Shown: positions 24,831 through 27,927 of the stretch, in pieces
Layout of the letters: every line of letters begins with the position of its first letter
How positions within the stretch are numbered: the first letter of the stretch is position 1
Source of the DNA: a virus
Lineage: Duplodnaviria; Caudoviricetes
IMG/VR virus record: IMGVR_UViG_3300047375_000098
Coordinates: 1 to 27,927 of that record
DNA length: 27,927 nucleotides
Strand: one strand, 5' to 3'
Made by a program: the position numbers and the translations under genes
Notes under the pieces: model-generated
What the model was told of the DNA's origin: nothing
Seen by the model: only the letters and a program-made list of their open reading frames with translations
Databases searched by the model: none

Positions 24831-24847
24831 TATAGTGCAACTTAATT
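24830..24847 (-). promoter_or_regulatory. Phage RNA polymerase promoter (after amidase)
   Basis: AATTAAGTTGCACTATAG followed by CATT, the same initial sequence as the 26468 copy; predicted +1 G at 24830. Confidence 0.82.
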
Positions 24848-25286
24848 AAATGGTGGATACTATCTCACCTGTATTGTACCAAAGTTCAGCATCAAAATTT
24901 GGACAGGTCTTACCCTTATCAAAATCTGTGTGGCCTTTAACTTTAGCATCAGGGAAGTGTTCCCATTTTAGTTCATCGATAGTTTTCTTTAACGATGCAT
25001 ATTGTTCATCAGTATAATTTATCTGCGCTCCAGTTTTGTCAGCGTTCATTCCACCAATCAAACAGATGCCGATTGATTTCCTATTCATTGATCTGACGTG
25101 TGCGCCTGTACGTGATAATGGTCTACCATATTCAACAGTGCCATCGCGTCTAATGACCAGATGATAACCACAACCGAGCCATCCTTTAGCTCTATGCCAG
25201 CGGTCAATATCTTTGACACCAATGTCCATAGTTCTGGGTGTGTACGCACAGTGTATAATAATATGTGTGACATCTTCTTTATTCAT
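24846..25286 (-). CDS. gp3.5: N-acetylmuramoyl-L-alanine amidase (T7 lysozyme gp3.5-like)
   Basis: IIIHCA; IDRWHRAKGWLGCGYH; GAHV; SIGICLIGG; GHTD..KTCPNFD. Confidence 0.95.
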   Translation of the reverse strand: MNKEDVTHIIIHCAYTPRTMDIGVKDIDRWHRAKGWLGCGYHLVIRRDGTVEYGRPLSRTGAHVRSMNRKSIGICLIGGMNADKTGAQINYTDEQYASLKKTIDELKWEHFPDAKVKGHTDFDKGKTCPNFDAELWYNTGEIVSTI

Positions 25287-25722
25287 TTAGCCACTCCTCT
25301 GGTACTGTACGGTCTGCGTATAAGAAGCCGTGCTTCTCACACCACATGGCGTAGGTTGTCTTGCTGGTTTTAGAAATACGTTGTTTGCTGTTGGAGAATA
25401 CAAAGCGAAGGTCGATATCTGGATGCTGATTTTTTACCAGTATCATGGATTGTCTATTGGCAACTTTGAACTGCCCCTTGCTTTCTACTATGATTGTCTT
25501 CCCAGATTTAGTTTTAATATAAAAGTCTGGTGTGTATCGTGCCATCCTTGAGGGTACTTCATACTTCAGTACGTTCTCTTCATACTGGTAATCGATACCC
25601 TTAGAACGTAAGTCAGCGGCAAGGGTTTCTTCTAACCCTGACCGCCAACCATTCTTTATTGCGTTCTGTCTTACAGTAGAATTTCTGACACCACCAAGCT
25701 TTCGCTTAGAAGTCTGCGTCAT
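25279..25722 (-). CDS. gp3: Endonuclease I (Holliday junction resolvase), T7 gp3-like
   Basis: RSGLEE; YTPDF; VESKG; QHPDIDLRFVFSNS; YAMWCEKHGF. Confidence 0.96.
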   Translation of the reverse strand: MTQTSKRKLGGVRNSTVRQNAIKNGWRSGLEETLAADLRSKGIDYQYEENVLKYEVPSRMARYTPDFYIKTKSGKTIIVESKGQFKVANRQSMILVKNQHPDIDLRFVFSNSKQRISKTSKTTYAMWCEKHGFLYADRTVPEEWLNE

Positions 25723-26305
25723 CTGATACTGCTACCGCCTCGCTACTATTATCAAAGTTATCTGCGACGAAGCCATCTTCTTTATCAAACATAGATAAAG
25801 CTTCAGCACCGCCAGACCCTTGAGCCAGTTGGATAATCTGTATAGCTGATGGTCTCAGCGATACACCGACACGTCTAGTTGAAGGCATTGCATATGTATA
25901 TGCGCTTGCCGCTACACGAATAGTAGAACCACCAGTTACTGTGGCATCTGTAGGTGTCTTGTTGCTATCATATAAAGCAACCTTCATCTCCATCTCACCA
26001 CGGCGTGTAGTAATCTTAGCTTTCTGTTTAAACTTAAACAAATTGAAGCCAGTAAGATTACCTTGGTCGTCTTCTTCTTCTTCATAGACAGGAGCTAGAT
26101 CATACTTAGCAATCTTAGGATTGTTCTTAGCTTCTTCATCCCTGTAAGCATCGCGTAAACCTTCAAGCTGTTTGATCAGGTCTTGGCTTTTAGATGCCTC
26201 TATTTTCAGTGTTGTTTTATACTCACCATCTACATTAAATTTGTAGTCTGGTGCATTTAGTTTAGGCCATACTGCTATGCCTTTAGGTGTGACAAAATTC
26301 GTCAT
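25706..26305 (-). CDS. gp2.5: Single-stranded DNA-binding protein, T7 gp2.5-like, ~199 aa
   Basis: TPKGIAVWPKLNAPD..F...GEYK; GGSTIRV; GVSLRPSAIQII; acidic tail ending DDADF. Start moved to 26305 (AAGGA RBS). Confidence 0.92.
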   Translation of the reverse strand: MTNFVTPKGIAVWPKLNAPDYKFNVDGEYKTTLKIEASKSQDLIKQLEGLRDAYRDEEAKNNPKIAKYDLAPVYEEEEDDQGNLTGFNLFKFKQKAKITTRRGEMEMKVALYDSNKTPTDATVTGGSTIRVAASAYTYAMPSTRRVGVSLRPSAIQIIQLAQGSGGAEALSMFDKEDGFVADNFDNSSEAVAVSDDADF

Positions 26306-26315
26306 ACTTATTCCT

Positions 26316-26441
26316 TTAGTTGTGTTGATATTCAGTAGTTGAAATACCATGAGCATGAAGCCTCGCCTGTACATCGACAGGCAAGGGCATCGCATTTCGC
26401 TTATAGTATTCAGCCATCATTATGAGTGTCTCAGTATCCAT
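26316..26441 (-). CDS. Small hypothetical protein, 41 aa (MDTETLIMMAEYYKRNAMPLPVDVQARLHAHGISTTEYQHN)
   Basis: Manual translation; AAAGGA RBS; first ORF behind the phage promoter; its stop overlaps the SSB RBS. Confidence 0.75.
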   Translation of the reverse strand: MDTETLIMMAEYYKRNAMPLPVDVQARLHAHGISTTEYQHN

Positions 26442-26467
26442 AAGTTCCTTTCGGTTTCGTGAGAATG

Positions 26468-26485
26468 CTATAGTGCAACCTAATC
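26468..26485 (-). promoter_or_regulatory. Phage RNA polymerase promoter directly downstream of the RNAP gene
   Basis: GATTAGGTTGCACTATAG then CATT; position equivalent to T7 phi1.1; predicted +1 G at 26468. Confidence 0.85.
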
Positions 26486-26499
26486 GTTAATGGTTAGAA

Positions 26500-27927
26500 T
26501 TATGCAAAGAAGAACTCTGACTGACGTACTTGTGTAACATCGAAGTCACCCTTTGGTGGTAGGTCAGGTAGTTCTCTATCGATTAACAACTCTCCTTCAT
26601 CTTTAAATTTCTGTAGTGGGTCGTTCTCTACATAAAGTTCTATGAAGGTTTCTCTTAGACAAGCACCAAGCATCTCAACATCAGCGGCGTGACATCCAAA
26701 GCTATCATGTATCATAGCAAAGTGAGTGACACCGTTGAACTTAGATAGGTTGACTGTCATTCTTAGGTGACAGCTATCATTAGCGTGAACCCAATTAGGA
26801 CTGATGCCATTACCTTGTCGTCTGCTATCCAGCTTATCTTTGATAGCTTCCTGTACTGTCATATAGATTAGCTTGTCACCAAACTTGGTCTTAACTCTGC
26901 GCTTCTTCATATCAGGATAGTTCTGCATGATAGGTAAACCATCGATAGTAGTCCAAGTGATAGGTAAGTTTTCTTTAGCCAACTCCCTAGCACAAGACTG
27001 TAACCAATCCATGCCTGTCTTAGCCGCCTTAACTGTATCGTTGATAGCTTCCCAGATATACTTAGCTAGGTAGATTGCCGCATCAAATTCTTTATCAAGT
27101 AAAGGAGATACATATGATCTATCAGCTTGTAATCTTTTCAAGTCTGTATCAACTATATATTCCTGTACAAATGACCTTGCTGAGAACAACGTTGAACCAT
27201 AGACCCGTGTCATTACTGATCTTTTACTCGACGATCTGGTCATACCAAAATCTAACCAAGCCTGTGCTATTTCTTTATTCTCCCCACGCACAGCATCAGC
27301 CTTAACTCTGATGATAGCTTTATCAATCACAGTCTGATAGATATCTGCAGGTTTATCTAATGGTAGTAGGTTTACTTGTGTCGCACCTTCACCGTCAGAT
27401 AAAGCGGCTGAGAAATGTTGAAGGCCAGAACAACTACCATCCTTACAAACTGGTATGTAGTTTACATGATCATAACCAAAAAGATTATATCCTTCCCACT
27501 CCTTACAGAATGCTAGGAAACACCAAGGACTGTCAGCTTCTTTAGCCCACCATAAGTCTTCCATAGGGTCATGAGCTACCTGTAATATTCGTTGCTCATT
27601 TTCTACTACCCAATCAACTCTCTCTTGCATCGATGCCTTGTCATATCCAAAGCAGTTAGCACCGTGGATTGCTAGTTCACAAGCGGCCTCGTTTGTACCT
27701 AATGGTTTACCATCTGCAAACTGTAGCAGTCCTTTAGATAAATCATTACCTTGCGGTGAGAGATGTGAAGAACCTGCAGGGTAAAGCCTACCTCTAAAGT
27801 CCATCGTATGTACAAAGAAGATACTCTCAAACTCAGAATATTTTTCTGCCATAAATCTTACCCGTGCTGTTAGGTTTCTTTTAGAACCTATACGGATGTT
27901 CTCGTCATAGATTTTAGTGGCTTTTCT
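26500..27927 (-). CDS. gp1: Single-subunit DNA-dependent RNA polymerase, T7 gp1-like; N-terminal part outside the window
   Basis: DFRGRLY; DGSCSGLQH (motif A); KRSVMTRVYG (B); IHDSFG (C); C-terminal FFFA; frame open to the right edge (RKATKIYDENIRIGSKRNLTARVRF before M at 27852). Confidence 0.98.
   Translation of the reverse strand, partial: RKATKIYDENIRIGSKRNLTARVRFMAEKYSEFESIFFVHTMDFRGRLYPAGSSHLSPQGNDLSKGLLQFADGKPLGTNEAACELAIHGANCFGYDKASMQERVDWVVENEQRILQVAHDPMEDLWWAKEADSPWCFLAFCKEWEGYNLFGYDHVNYIPVCKDGSCSGLQHFSAALSDGEGATQVNLLPLDKPADIYQTVIDKAIIRVKADAVRGENKEIAQAWLDFGMTRSSSKRSVMTRVYGSTLFSARSFVQEYIVDTDLKRLQADRSYVSPLLDKEFDAAIYLAKYIWEAINDTVKAAKTGMDWLQSCARELAKENLPITWTTIDGLPIMQNYPDMKKRRVKTKFGDKLIYMTVQEAIKDKLDSRRQGNGISPNWVHANDSCHLRMTVNLSKFNGVTHFAMIHDSFGCHAADVEMLGACLRETFIELYVENDPLQKFKDEGELLIDRELPDLPPKGDFDVTQVRQSEFFFA

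Noticed and set aside
24643-24840. 65-aa minus ORF across the promoter/sRNA/terminator region, and the 24788 start of the membrane protein
   Set aside because: Both begin at non-ATG codons inside the promoter or hairpin without an RBS; the region is better explained as non-coding
26306-26395. 30-aa N-terminal extension of SSB in the ORF track
   Set aside because: Overlaps the 41-aa ORF in another frame; SSB similarity and RBS begin at 26305
2733-27545. Other plus-strand ORFs in the track (e.g. 4638-5141, 13193-13534, 16609-16953, 23658-24038) and short out-of-frame minus ORFs nested in genes
   Set aside because: All lie within well-supported minus-strand genes; T7-like genomes are transcribed from one strand; no motifs or RBS seen
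1-27927. CRISPR array, tRNA genes, integrase/att site, reverse transcriptase or diversity-generating retroelement
   Set aside because: No spaced repeats, cloverleafs, recombinase or RT motifs seen; intergenic spaces are too short apart from those described

Overview
The window is an internal ~28-kb segment of a T7-like podophage genome (Autographiviridae-like), with every credible gene on the minus strand. Reading right to left: a single-subunit RNA polymerase (5'-truncated), SSB, endonuclease I, amidase, primase-helicase, family A DNA polymerase, an overlapping HNH endonuclease, and a nucleotide-metabolism/auxiliary block (ThyX, exonuclease, DUF3310, glutaredoxin, MazG, B12-dependent class II RNR, PhoH). 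These are followed by portal, scaffold, major capsid, tail tubes A/B, gp13-gp16-like virion proteins and a tail fibre (3'-truncated). Gene content suggests a marine alphaproteobacterial host (inference). Beyond the ORF track I find three copies of an SP6-like phage promoter (RATTARGTTGCACTWTAG), three terminator-like hairpins, four small ORFs missed by the track, and a structured capsid leader. The most interesting element is a 56-nt promoter-to-terminator unit at 24775-24830 whose anti-Shine-Dalgarno core resembles the alphaproteobacterial suhB/MmgR (alpha-r8) sRNA family, a candidate phage-encoded mimic of a host regulatory sRNA. All homology calls come from motif recognition by eye; no database searches were run.
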